Shown here: piece after piece, positions 28,706-39,459 of the stretch | How the letters are laid out: each line of letters starts with the position of its first letter | Numbering within the stretch: position 1 is the first letter of the stretch | DNA from: Actinomycetota bacterium | Lineage (GTDB): Bacteria; Actinomycetota; Acidimicrobiia; Acidimicrobiales; CADCSY01 | NCBI GenBank assembly: GCA_019348555.1 | Contig: JAHWJH010000003.1 | Coordinates: 1-44,631 of the forward strand | DNA length: 44,631 bases | Direction: 5' to 3' | Notes under the pieces: model-generated | Seen by the model: the letters and a program-made list of their open reading frames with translations, nothing else | Databases searched by the model: none | Told to the model about the DNA's origin: nothing | Made by a program: the position numbers and the translations under genes

Positions 28706-29490
28706 TGCTGCTCGCCCTCGACGTCGGAAACACCGAGATCGTGGTCGGGCTGTTCGGAGACCCCGCCGATTCGCCGGAGCCGCTCGACCACTGGCGCCTG
28801 TCGTGCGACCCCGAGCGCACCTCCGACGAGCTTGCCTTGGTGCTGGCCCAGGCGCTGGCGATGCGGGGCCTCGGCCTGACCACCGATATCACCGGGGTGG
28901 CCATGTGCGCGGGGGTCCCACGGGTGGCCTCCGCCGTTCGGGCCCTGACCGCCCGCTACCTCGGCTGCGCCCCCGTGGTCATCGAGCCCGGGACCCGGAC
29001 CGGCGTACCCGTCCTCTACGAGAACCCGCGTGAGGTGGGCGCCGATCGCATCGCCAACGCCGTGGGGGCCCTCGACCGCTTCGACCCGCCCCTGGTGGTG
29101 GTCGACTTCGGCACCGCCACCACCCTCGACGCCATCTCCGCCCGGGGGGAGTACCTCGGCGGCGCCATCGTGCCCGGCGTCGAGATCGCCCTCGACGCCC
29201 TGTACTCGCGGGCGGCGCTGCTGCGGCGGGTCGAGCTGGTCGAGCCCCGCCATGCCATCGGTCGCAGCACCGAGCAGTCCATCCAGTCGGGGGCGCTCTT
29301 CGGCACCGCCGCCCTCGTCGATGGCATGGTGGAGCGCATGGCCGCCGAGCTCCATGATCCCACCGTGGTCGCCACCGGAGGGCTGGGCGACCTGGTGGCG
29401 CCGTACTGCCGGCGTGTCGAGCACGTCGATCCGTGGCTGACCCTGCGCGGGCTGCGGGTCGTGTTCGACCGCAACCGGCCGGCCTCGTGA
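28705..29490 (+). CDS. coaX: Type III pantothenate kinase
   Basis: LALDVGNT, VGADRIAN, VDFGTAT, GGAIVPG, ATGG, LTLRGL. TGATG overlap with nadC. Confidence 0.94.
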   Translation: MLLALDVGNTEIVVGLFGDPADSPEPLDHWRLSCDPERTSDELALVLAQALAMRGLGLTTDITGVAMCAGVPRVASAVRALTARYLGCAPVVIEPGTRTGVPVLYENPREVGADRIANAVGALDRFDPPLVVVDFGTATTLDAISARGEYLGGAIVPGVEIALDALYSRAALLRRVELVEPRHAIGRSTEQSIQSGALFGTAALVDGMVERMAAELHDPTVVATGGLGDLVAPYCRRVEHVDPWLTLRGLRVVFDRNRPAS

Positions 29491-30893
29491 GCCCGCCCTA
29501 CCGCTACGAGGTCACCCGGAGCGCCGCCTCGCTGCACGACGAGTTCGCCTCCCTGGAGCCTGGCGTCGAGACGGGCACGACGGTGAGCGTGGCCGGGAGG
29601 ATCATGCTGCGCCGCGCCCAGGGCAAGCTCGCCTTCGCCACGCTCGCCGACAGCACCGGGCGGGTGCAGCTCTTCGCCCCTGCCGCCACCACGCCCCGCT
29701 TCGACGAGTTCTGCGCCCTGTCGATCGGCGACTGGGTGGGGGTGGCCGGCGAGGTCATGACCACCCGGCGCGGCGAGCTGAGCGTGCAGGTGGCCGACTG
29801 GGTGGTGCTGGCGGCCACCCGCCGGTCGTTCCCCGACAAGTGGCACGGGCTGGCCGACGTCGACACCCGCTACCGCCAGCGCTACGTGGACCTGTGGGCT
29901 TCAGACGACGCCCGGGCCACGGCACTGGCCCGCAGCCGGACGGTGAGCCTCACCCGCCGCTGGCTGGAGGGCCGGGGCTTCGTCGAGGTGGAGACCCCGG
30001 TGTTCCACCCCATCCCCGGAGGAGCCACGGCCCGGCCCTTCACCACCCACCACGACGCCCTCGATCTCGACCTGTACCTGCGCGTCGCTCCCGAGCTCTT
30101 TCTCAAGCGCCTGGTGGTGGGTGGCATGGAGCGGGTCTTCGAGATTGCCCGGGTGTTCCGCAACGAGGGTCTGTCGACCCGCCACAACCCCGAGTTCACC
30201 ATGCTCGAGCTCTACCAGGCCTACGCCGACTACACCGACATGATGACGGTCGTCGAGGAGCTGGTCGTCCACCTCGCCAAGGAGGTGTGCGGCACCACCG
30301 AGCTGGTCTACGACGGGCGCCCGCTCGACCTCGCCCCGCCGTGGCGACGGTCGACCATGGTCGACCTGATCGAGGAGCACATCGGGGCGCGGGTCGGCGT
30401 GGCCACCCCGATCGACGAGCTGCGCAAGGCGTGCGCCGACCACGGCGTGCCTGTCGACGAGGCGTGGGGACCAGGCAAGCTGGTGCTCGAGCTCTACGAG
30501 AAGACCGTCGAGGCCAACCTGTGGGGCCCGGTCTTCGTGTGCGACTACCCCCAGGAGGTGTCGCCGCTGGCCCGAGACCACCGGGACCAGCCCGGCATGG
30601 TGGAGCGCTTCGAGGTGATCGTCGCCGGCCGGGAGCTGGGCAATGCCTTCTCGGAGCTGACCGACCCCGACGAGCAGCGCCGCCGCTTCGAGGCCCAGGC
30701 GGCGCTCCGCGGGAGCGGCGACGACGAGGCCATGACCGTCGACGCGGACTACCTGCGGGCGCTCGAGTACGGCCTGCCGCCCACCGGCGGCCTGGGCATC
30801 GGCATCGACCGCCTCGTGATGCTGCTCACCGGCGCCACCGCCATCCGAGACGTGATCCTGTTTCCCACCCTGCGCCCCGAGCCGGGGGAGTAG
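29487..30893 (+). CDS. lysS: Lysyl-tRNA synthetase (class II)
   Basis: OB-fold GKLAF, RYRQRYVDL, ARPFTTH, FRNEG..HNPEFTMLE, YGLPPTGGLGIGIDRL. GTGA overlap with coaX. Confidence 0.96.
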   Translation: MSPPYRYEVTRSAASLHDEFASLEPGVETGTTVSVAGRIMLRRAQGKLAFATLADSTGRVQLFAPAATTPRFDEFCALSIGDWVGVAGEVMTTRRGELSVQVADWVVLAATRRSFPDKWHGLADVDTRYRQRYVDLWASDDARATALARSRTVSLTRRWLEGRGFVEVETPVFHPIPGGATARPFTTHHDALDLDLYLRVAPELFLKRLVVGGMERVFEIARVFRNEGLSTRHNPEFTMLELYQAYADYTDMMTVVEELVVHLAKEVCGTTELVYDGRPLDLAPPWRRSTMVDLIEEHIGARVGVATPIDELRKACADHGVPVDEAWGPGKLVLELYEKTVEANLWGPVFVCDYPQEVSPLARDHRDQPGMVERFEVIVAGRELGNAFSELTDPDEQRRRFEAQAALRGSGDDEAMTVDADYLRALEYGLPPTGGLGIGIDRLVMLLTGATAIRDVILFPTLRPEPGE

Positions 30894-30908
30894 CCCCGTT
30901 CCCTGGTG

Positions 30909-30955
30909 ATTTCTGGACACTCGGCGTCGATGATCGGCGCGAAGTGTCCACAAAT
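30909..30955. terminator. Long hairpin between convergent lysS and polyprenyl synthase genes
   Basis: ATTTcTGGACACT ... AGTGTCCAcAAAT, with inner GCGTCGAT/ATCGGCGC pairing. Confidence 0.6.
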
Positions 30956-30960
30956 GCGGC

Positions 30961-31941
30961 TCAGGAGGTGGGGACGGTGCCGAGGAGGGCGTTGGCGGTG
31001 GCGGCCAGGTCGTCCACGCACGCCCCGCTCACCTCGGCCAGGGTGGCCACGGCCTCGTCGCAGTAGTGCCCGGCCACGGCCAGGGCGCTCTGCACGGCGC
31101 CGTCGGCCTGCACCAGGGCCCGGGCCCGCTCGATCTCGGCCGGGGCCAGGGGTCGACCGAGCAGGGCGGCCAGCTCCGGCCCGTCACCGGCACCGTTCAG
31201 GGCCCGGATGACCGGGAGGGTGTAGACGCCCTCGGCCAGGTCGTTGCCGGCCGGCTTGCCGAGCTGCTCGTCGGTGGCCACCACGTCGAGCACGTCGTCG
31301 ACGATCTGGAAGGCCATGCCGAAGCGCTGGCCGAAGCGGGTCAACGCCTCCACCTCGGTGCGGGGGAGGCCGGCGACGAGGGCGCCGATGCGACAGGCCG
31401 AGGCAGCCAGCGATGCGGTCTTGCCGGCGATGGCGGCCAGGTACTGCTCCTCGTTGCGGCGGGCGTCGAAGGCGGTCTGCAGCTCGCGGACCTGCCCCGC
31501 GCACATGTCGCCGATGGTGGCGGCCAGCAGCGCGGCCACCTCGGTGCCGAGCGAGGCGGCGATCTCCGAGGCCTTGGCCAGCAGGAAGTCGCCGGCGAGG
31601 ATGGCCCGCAGGTTGCCCCAGCGGGCGTTGACCGACTCGACGCCCCGGCGGGTCTCGGCCTCGTCCATGACGTCGTCGTGGTAGAGCGAACCGAGGTGGA
31701 CGAGCTCCACGGCGACGCCGCCGAGCACGACCTCGTCGCTCACCTCGCCGCCTGACGCGCAGCGCCCGGCGGCTATGGCGAGGGCCGGGCGCCACCGCTT
31801 CCCCCCTGCGGCCACCAGGTGGGTGGTCAGCTCGGTGAGGAACGGGTCGTCGGTGACCACCGCCGCCCGCAACGCCTCCTCGACCCTCGCCAACTCGCCG
31901 GCCATCCCCGGGAGCCGGAGCAGCGGGGTGAGGGCGGCCAC
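30961..31941 (-). CDS. Long-chain polyprenyl diphosphate synthase (HepT/IspB family)
   Basis: GGKRWRP, HDDVMD..TRRG, GDFL, KTA, FQIVDDVLD, GKP.GNDL.EG..TLP. TACCGT 6 nt upstream of the GTG. Confidence 0.92.
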   Translation of the reverse strand: MAALTPLLRLPGMAGELARVEEALRAAVVTDDPFLTELTTHLVAAGGKRWRPALAIAAGRCASGGEVSDEVVLGGVAVELVHLGSLYHDDVMDEAETRRGVESVNARWGNLRAILAGDFLLAKASEIAASLGTEVAALLAATIGDMCAGQVRELQTAFDARRNEEQYLAAIAGKTASLAASACRIGALVAGLPRTEVEALTRFGQRFGMAFQIVDDVLDVVATDEQLGKPAGNDLAEGVYTLPVIRALNGAGDGPELAALLGRPLAPAEIERARALVQADGAVQSALAVAGHYCDEAVATLAEVSGACVDDLAATANALLGTVPTS

Positions 31942-32117
31942 GCGGCCACGGTAGCCGGGGAGCCCCGATCATCCCATTGCCAGCGCACGAACCGTGCGAT
32001 CCGGGCGAACTCGTCGGGCCGGCAGAAAGGCCGGCAGCCGGAAAGGTCAACCGGCGCGGAGGGGTAGGGGGTCGGTAGACTCACAGCACGTAGCGCCCAG
32101 CCGAGGAGGGCGGTTCC

Positions 32118-34618
<2,501 letters not shown>

Positions 34619-34631
34619 GCCTCGACGCCTC

Positions 34632-34680
34632 GTTCTTTGTCGCATTCGCCGCCCCCCGGGTAGCGGATGCGACAGAGAAC
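34632..34680. terminator. Long hairpin downstream of clpC
   Basis: GTTCTTTGTCGCATTCGC...GCGGATGCGACAGAGAAC; stem of more than 18 bp with G-U pairs and no U-tract. Confidence 0.65.
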
Positions 34681-34720
34681 AGGTGGTTGACCGGCTCCGG
34701 GCCCCGTCAGGGAGGCGAAC

Positions 34721-35101
34721 ATGTCCGGGAAGGTGGTGCACTTCGAGGTCCCCGTCGACGACGTCGACCGTGCCACGTCGTTCTATGTCGAGGCCTTCGG
34801 CTGGCAGCTCGCGTCCATGCCGGGGATGGGCTACACCATGATCACCACCACGCCGACCGACGAGCAGGGCCGCCCGGCCGAGCCGGGTGCCATCAACGGC
34901 GGCATGTTCGTCCGTGAAGCCGACCTGACCACGCCGATGATCACCATCGACGTCGCCGACCTCGACGCCGCCCTGGCCAAGGTCGAGGAGCTGGGCGGGT
35001 CGGTGGTCCGGCCCAAGTTCCCGGTGGGCGACATGGGCTTCGCCGGCTACTTCAGGGATTCCGAGGGCAACCTGTTGGGGCTCTGGCAGTCGGCGACGTA
35101 G
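34721..35101 (+). CDS. VOC/glyoxalase family protein
   Basis: VVHFEVPVDD..RA..FY..FGW, INGG, GG, YFRDSEGN..GLWQ. GGAGG Shine-Dalgarno upstream. Confidence 0.9.
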   Translation: MSGKVVHFEVPVDDVDRATSFYVEAFGWQLASMPGMGYTMITTTPTDEQGRPAEPGAINGGMFVREADLTTPMITIDVADLDAALAKVEELGGSVVRPKFPVGDMGFAGYFRDSEGNLLGLWQSAT

Positions 35102-35108
35102 CCGCCGC

Positions 35109-35498
35109 TCAGGCCCGGCCGAGCACCCGGTCGACGGTGATCTCGATGGCCACCCGGTCGGGGTTCTCGCCGGGCTGGCGGTAGCGACCGGCGTAGGCGG
35201 CGACGGCCTTCGCCACCCGGTCCGGCTCTGCGCTCAGCACCACCGGGCCCTCCAACGACAGCCACCGACCCCCGTCCACCTGGCACACCACGGCTCGGCC
35301 ACCTCGGGCGGCGTTGGCCGCCTTCTGGCTGCCGGCGTTGGTGATGACGCGCACCAGGCCGGTGGCGGCATCGAAGGCGAAGCCGACGGCGACGGCATGG
35401 GGAGAGCCGTCCGCCCGCAACGTGGTCAGGCTGGCGAGATGGCGCTCCGCCAGGAACGCCAGCACCGGCTCGGGCAGGTGGCGGGGATCCAGGGCCAT
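35109..35498 (-). CDS. PPOX-class putative F420-dependent oxidoreductase
   Basis: FLAERHLASLTTLRADGSPH, SQKAAN, WLSLEG, RVAIEI. Confidence 0.8.
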   Translation of the reverse strand: MALDPRHLPEPVLAFLAERHLASLTTLRADGSPHAVAVGFAFDAATGLVRVITNAGSQKAANAARGGRAVVCQVDGGRWLSLEGPVVLSAEPDRVAKAVAAYAGRYRQPGENPDRVAIEITVDRVLGRA

Positions 35499-35526
35499 GG
35501 CAGAGCTCGCCAGTTGGAGGGGCGCC

Positions 35527-36438
35527 TCACCCGAAGGCGGGCAGCTGCTGTTCGACGGTGGCGGCGGTGGCGAAGAGGTCACCGTGGTCGGCGATGCGCT
35601 CGACCACGGCCCCCGCCTCGAAGCTCAGTCGGGCCGGTTCACCAGCGTCCACCGCCTCTTGGACCTCCTCCCAGCTCAGCGGGGTGGAGGCCGTGGGTCG
35701 CTCCCGGGCCCGTAGCGAGTAGACGCACACGGTGGTCTTGTGGCGGGAGTTCTGGCTCCAGTCGACCAGCACCTTGCCCGTGCGCAGGTCCTTGCGCTGG
35801 GAGCTCACCACCCGGTCGGGAGCCTGGCGCTCGAGGAGCTGAGCCAGGCTGCGGGCGAACCCGGCCGTATCGGCATAGGTGGTGGGCGTGTTGAGCGGGA
35901 GATAGACCTGGATGCCCTTCGACCCCGAGGTCTTCGCCAGACAGGTGAGGCCCACGTCGGCGAGGACGTCGCGGATCCACAGGGCGACGTCGGCGCACTC
36001 GAGCACCGCTGCCGGTGCCCCGGGGTCGAGATCGAACACCACCATGGTCGGCGTGTCGGGGTCGACGCCGCGGGCCATGGACGTGTGCAGCTCCAACGCC
36101 GCCAGGTTGGCCACCCACGTGAGGGCGGCCAGGGAGTCGATGCGGCAGAAGTCGATGGTGCCCTCCTCGCCGTGGACGCGGTGGACGCCCACCCAGTCGG
36201 GCCGGTGGCGGGGACAGTTCTTCTCGTAGAAGGACTTCCCGTCCACCCCGTTGGGGAAGCGCCGCAGCGTGAGAGCCCGGTCGCGCAGATGCGGGAGCAG
36301 GACGGGCGCCACCCGTGCGTAGTAGTCGAGCACCTCCGACTTGGTGAAACCGGCGGCGGGATAGAGCACCTTGTCGAGGTTCGACACGGTGAGTGCCCGA
36401 CCTTCCACCTCGATGACGGCCTGGTGGCCGGCGGCCAT
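35527..36438 (-). CDS. ligD: Stand-alone LigD polymerase (AEP primase-polymerase) domain
   Basis: SNLDKVLYP, TKSEVLDYY, RFPNG, FYEKN, ELH, FDLDP, KTSGSKGIQVY, VDWSQN, VYSLRAR. Confidence 0.92.
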   Translation of the reverse strand: MAAGHQAVIEVEGRALTVSNLDKVLYPAAGFTKSEVLDYYARVAPVLLPHLRDRALTLRRFPNGVDGKSFYEKNCPRHRPDWVGVHRVHGEEGTIDFCRIDSLAALTWVANLAALELHTSMARGVDPDTPTMVVFDLDPGAPAAVLECADVALWIRDVLADVGLTCLAKTSGSKGIQVYLPLNTPTTYADTAGFARSLAQLLERQAPDRVVSSQRKDLRTGKVLVDWSQNSRHKTTVCVYSLRARERPTASTPLSWEEVQEAVDAGEPARLSFEAGAVVERIADHGDLFATAATVEQQLPAFG

Positions 36439-36450
36439 GCGAGAAGCGGC

Positions 36451-37344
36451 CTAGGCGCTCTGCGCCGCGGCCGCCGGCGCCTCGGGCTCGGGCTCGGGTG
36501 CCGCCTCCTCCGCCTCGGCCTCGCCGGCCGGTTCCTCACCCGCGGTGGGGTGGCGCCGGCGGGCCTCCCGTGCCTTGGCCACGCTCGCTTCGAGGGCGGC
36601 CATGAGGTCGACCACCCCGGTCTGGGCGGGAGCCGCCTCCGGCACGATCACCGGCTCGCCCTCGGCCTTGCGCTCGATGAGCTCCAGCAGCCGGTCGCGG
36701 TACTCGTCGCGAAAGCGCGCCGGATCGAAGTCGGCCGACAGCGACTCGATGAGCTGGCTGGCCATGACCAGCTCCTTGTCGGACACCTTCACGTCGCGTG
36801 CCGCCGACAGCTCGGATATCTCCTCGGCGGGAGTGACCTCGTCGGCGTAGACCATGGTCGACAACACCAGTGCACCGTCCTTGGCCCGCAGGGCGGCAAG
36901 GTACTGCTTGGTGCGCATGACGAAGCGGGCGATGGCCACCTTGCCCTGCTCCTCCATGGCCCGGACGAGGAGCGCGTAGGGCTTCTCGGCGGTCTTGACC
37001 GGGGCGACGTAGTAGGCGGCGTCGAAGAAGATGGGATCGATGTCGGCCAGATCGATGAACTCCTCGATGTCGATGGTGCGGGTGCCCTCGGGGTCGAGCG
37101 CGTCGAGCTCCGCAGGCTCGAGGAGGACGTAGTGCTCCGGGGACAACTCGTAGCCCTTCACGATCTGTTCGTAGGGCACTTCGGTGCCGTCGGCCGACGA
37201 CACCCGCTTCATCTTGACCCGGGCGCCGGTGCGGGCGTCCATCTGGTGGAACGAGACCCCCTTGCGGGAGACGGCGTTGTAGAGCTTGATGGGGATGTTG
37301 ACCAGCCCGAAGCTGATCGATCCGCTCCAGATCGCTCTCGGCAT
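36451..37344 (-). CDS. ku: NHEJ DNA end-binding protein Ku
   Basis: RAIWSGSISFGLVNIP, IVKGYE, IDPIFFD..YY, F.DEY, VVDLMAALEASV. GAGGAGG Shine-Dalgarno upstream. Confidence 0.95.
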   Translation of the reverse strand: MPRAIWSGSISFGLVNIPIKLYNAVSRKGVSFHQMDARTGARVKMKRVSSADGTEVPYEQIVKGYELSPEHYVLLEPAELDALDPEGTRTIDIEEFIDLADIDPIFFDAAYYVAPVKTAEKPYALLVRAMEEQGKVAIARFVMRTKQYLAALRAKDGALVLSTMVYADEVTPAEEISELSAARDVKVSDKELVMASQLIESLSADFDPARFRDEYRDRLLELIERKAEGEPVIVPEAAPAQTGVVDLMAALEASVAKAREARRRHPTAGEEPAGEAEAEEAAPEPEPEAPAAAAQSA

Positions 37345-37489
37345 GGCAGGCCCTCCTCGTGGTCCCGGCTCCCCCCCTGCGTCCAGTCAACCGCGTCGCC
37401 GGCCCGGTCGGCACCTCGGTGGGGGTGTCGTCGAAGAAGCCGGAGGCGAGCGGTACGGTGGCGGTGAACCGAGCCGAAAGGGAGGTGCG

Positions 37490-37708
37490 ATGAGCATCAT
37501 CGACAAGATGAAGGGCAAGGCGGGCGAGCTGGCCCGTACCCACGGCGACAAGGTCGCCGGTGGGCTCGACAAGGCCACCGACGCCGTGAACCGCCGCACC
37601 GAGGGCAAGCACGCCGGCAAGCTGGCCGACATCTCCCAGCGGGCCAAGGCGGCGGTGGACGGCCTGGCCGACCAGGACCGTCGGCCGAAGGGCCCCGAGC
37701 AGGTCTAG
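37490..37708 (+). CDS. Small MT0933/Rv0909-like ('antitoxin') protein
   Basis: MSIIDKMKGKA...HGDKV..GLDKA.D.VN.RTEGKH..K pattern. GGAGG Shine-Dalgarno; TACGGT at 37454-37459. Confidence 0.7.
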   Translation: MSIIDKMKGKAGELARTHGDKVAGGLDKATDAVNRRTEGKHAGKLADISQRAKAAVDGLADQDRRPKGPEQV

Positions 37709-38688
37709 GAGCGCTTCGTGTCGCCGGCCGCCAGGTCGGCCGGCGACTTGTCGATGCGGGTGCCCTTGTAGGAGGGGTGGCGCAGGATGCCGGCGTCGGT
37801 CCGTTGCCGGTACTCCACGTCCACCACCAGGCGGGGGACGACGAAGACGGCATCCCGCCGAGGGACCGGCCCGGCGAAGGGGCTCGACGGCGTGACGTCA
37901 CCCGCCAGCTCCCGGCCGAGGCGGGCGAGCTCGGCATCGGTGAAGCCGGTGCCGACGGCGCCCACGAAGTCGAGCGCAGCGTCGGACCGGGGCAGGCCGA
38001 GCAGGAGGGCGCCGATGCGCCCGGCGCGGGAGCCCTCTCCGGGCAACCACCCGCCGACCACGAACTCGTCGCGCGCCACGAGCTTGACCTTGACCCAGTC
38101 GCGCGAGCGGGCGCCGGGGATGTACGGGCTGGCCATCCGCTTGGCCACCACGCCCTCGAGGCCCTGGGACCGGGCGGCGGCGAGGGTGTCGTCGCCGGAG
38201 CCGGGGAACGTCGGCGGCGTGGCCCAGAACGGGCCGGCCAGCGCCAGGGACTCGAGAACCGCCCGGCGTTCGGTCCACGGCAGTGCCAACGTGGAGTGCT
38301 CGCCGACGTGCAGGACGTCGAAGGCCAGCCAGCACGCCGGCACCCGGGCTGCCCGCTCGGCGGCGGTTCGCGGGTCGGCCACGTGCATCCGCTCCTGGAG
38401 GTGCTGGAAGCTCGGCACCCCCCGGTCGTCGAAGGCCACGATCTCCCCGTCGAGCACTGCTGCCTGACGGCCCAACGCAGAACCGATCGCCGCCAGCTCG
38501 GGGTAGGCCACGGTGACGTCACGGAGGTTGCGGGTCTCCAGGCGCACGGCGGCCCCGTCCCAGTGCACCACGGCACGGATGCCGTCCCATTTGAGCTCGA
38601 AGGTGAAGTCGGCCTGACTTGCGGGGTCGGGGAGGGGGCCGGCGGTCGCCAGCATGGGAACGACGTGGGGCGGTGGCCCGGCCATCAC
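37705..38688 (-). CDS. ligD: Stand-alone ATP-dependent DNA ligase (LigD ligase domain)
   Basis: PMLAT, ELKWDGIR (adenylated Lys), LDGEIV, FDVL, EGVVAKR, Y.PG.RS.DWVKVK, VGTGF, LRHPSYKG.R.DK. Start GTG 38688 or ATG 38685, overlapping the upstream stop. Confidence 0.92.
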   Translation of the reverse strand: MMAGPPPHVVPMLATAGPLPDPASQADFTFELKWDGIRAVVHWDGAAVRLETRNLRDVTVAYPELAAIGSALGRQAAVLDGEIVAFDDRGVPSFQHLQERMHVADPRTAAERAARVPACWLAFDVLHVGEHSTLALPWTERRAVLESLALAGPFWATPPTFPGSGDDTLAAARSQGLEGVVAKRMASPYIPGARSRDWVKVKLVARDEFVVGGWLPGEGSRAGRIGALLLGLPRSDAALDFVGAVGTGFTDAELARLGRELAGDVTPSSPFAGPVPRRDAVFVVPRLVVDVEYRQRTDAGILRHPSYKGTRIDKSPADLAAGDTKRS

Positions 38689-39440
38689 GGCTCCCAGGTA
38701 CGGGCCCACGTGCCGTCGGGCCGGCGGGCGAGGGTGACGGTGGCCACCGCCGGGCGCGCTTCGCCACTGGCCAGCGGTTCCCAGCGCACCGCCCGGGCGC
38801 GCAGTGCCCGGTTCGACGGTGCCAGCTCCAGCACCAGGGCGTCGTCGACCACCGCCAGCCCGCGGGCCCAGACCTCCAACACCCACCGCACGCTCAGGGC
38901 GGCGCTCGCGCGAGCGGTGTAGCGGTCGAGCACGCCGACCACCCGGCAAGCCTGGCCGGGGCGCAGGATCTTCACCTCGACCGCGGGGCTCTGCCCGAAG
39001 CCCAGGCGGTCGGCCCAAGCGGCGGTGTGCCGGCGCACCGGCTCGAGCGCCCGCTGCTGCAGCTGGGCCTGCAGCAGCAGCTCGTGGCCCTCGCCGTAGT
39101 AGGACGACGTCCGCCAGGCGCGCTCCCAGGTGAGCAGCAGGCCGAGCTCGTGGGGCGTGGCCAGGGCGCCGGGCCCCAGTAGCTGTTCGTCGCCGAGCCG
39201 CGCCCGCATCTGGGCGAACAGCTCGGTGGAGGTGGCCCACGTGTGGAGCTGGCGCCACTGGACCAGGATGCGCACGCAGGTGGGCGTCTCCGCGCCCATG
39301 GCCCGCATCGTGCGCTCGGCGGCCAGATCGTGGTCCTCGATCACCACCTGGCCCCTCCGCCAGCTCACCCGGTGCTCGGTGCCGCTGCAGGCCACCGTCG
39401 CGGTCACCGGCCTCAGGTGGTCGCACCACCGGGTGGCCAT
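38685..39440 (-). CDS. Hypothetical protein with an N-terminal C/H/H/C cluster
   Basis: 251-aa ORF from ATG 39440: VACSGTEHRVSW...EDHD..AE..MRAMG....C. Lies 19 nt after the VWA gene and overlaps the ligase start. Confidence 0.7.
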   Translation of the reverse strand: MATRWCDHLRPVTATVACSGTEHRVSWRRGQVVIEDHDLAAERTMRAMGAETPTCVRILVQWRQLHTWATSTELFAQMRARLGDEQLLGPGALATPHELGLLLTWERAWRTSSYYGEGHELLLQAQLQQRALEPVRRHTAAWADRLGFGQSPAVEVKILRPGQACRVVGVLDRYTARASAALSVRWVLEVWARGLAVVDDALVLELAPSNRALRARAVRWEPLASGEARPAVATVTLARRPDGTWARTWEP

Positions 39441-39459
39441 GTCGCCAGGAGCCCTGCGG

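Noticed and set aside
32040-32070. Possible SigR-type promoter upstream of clpC (GGAAA...GTAG)
   Set aside because: Does not match GGAA(T/C)-N18-GTT; a plain TAGACT -10 nearby is the simpler explanation.
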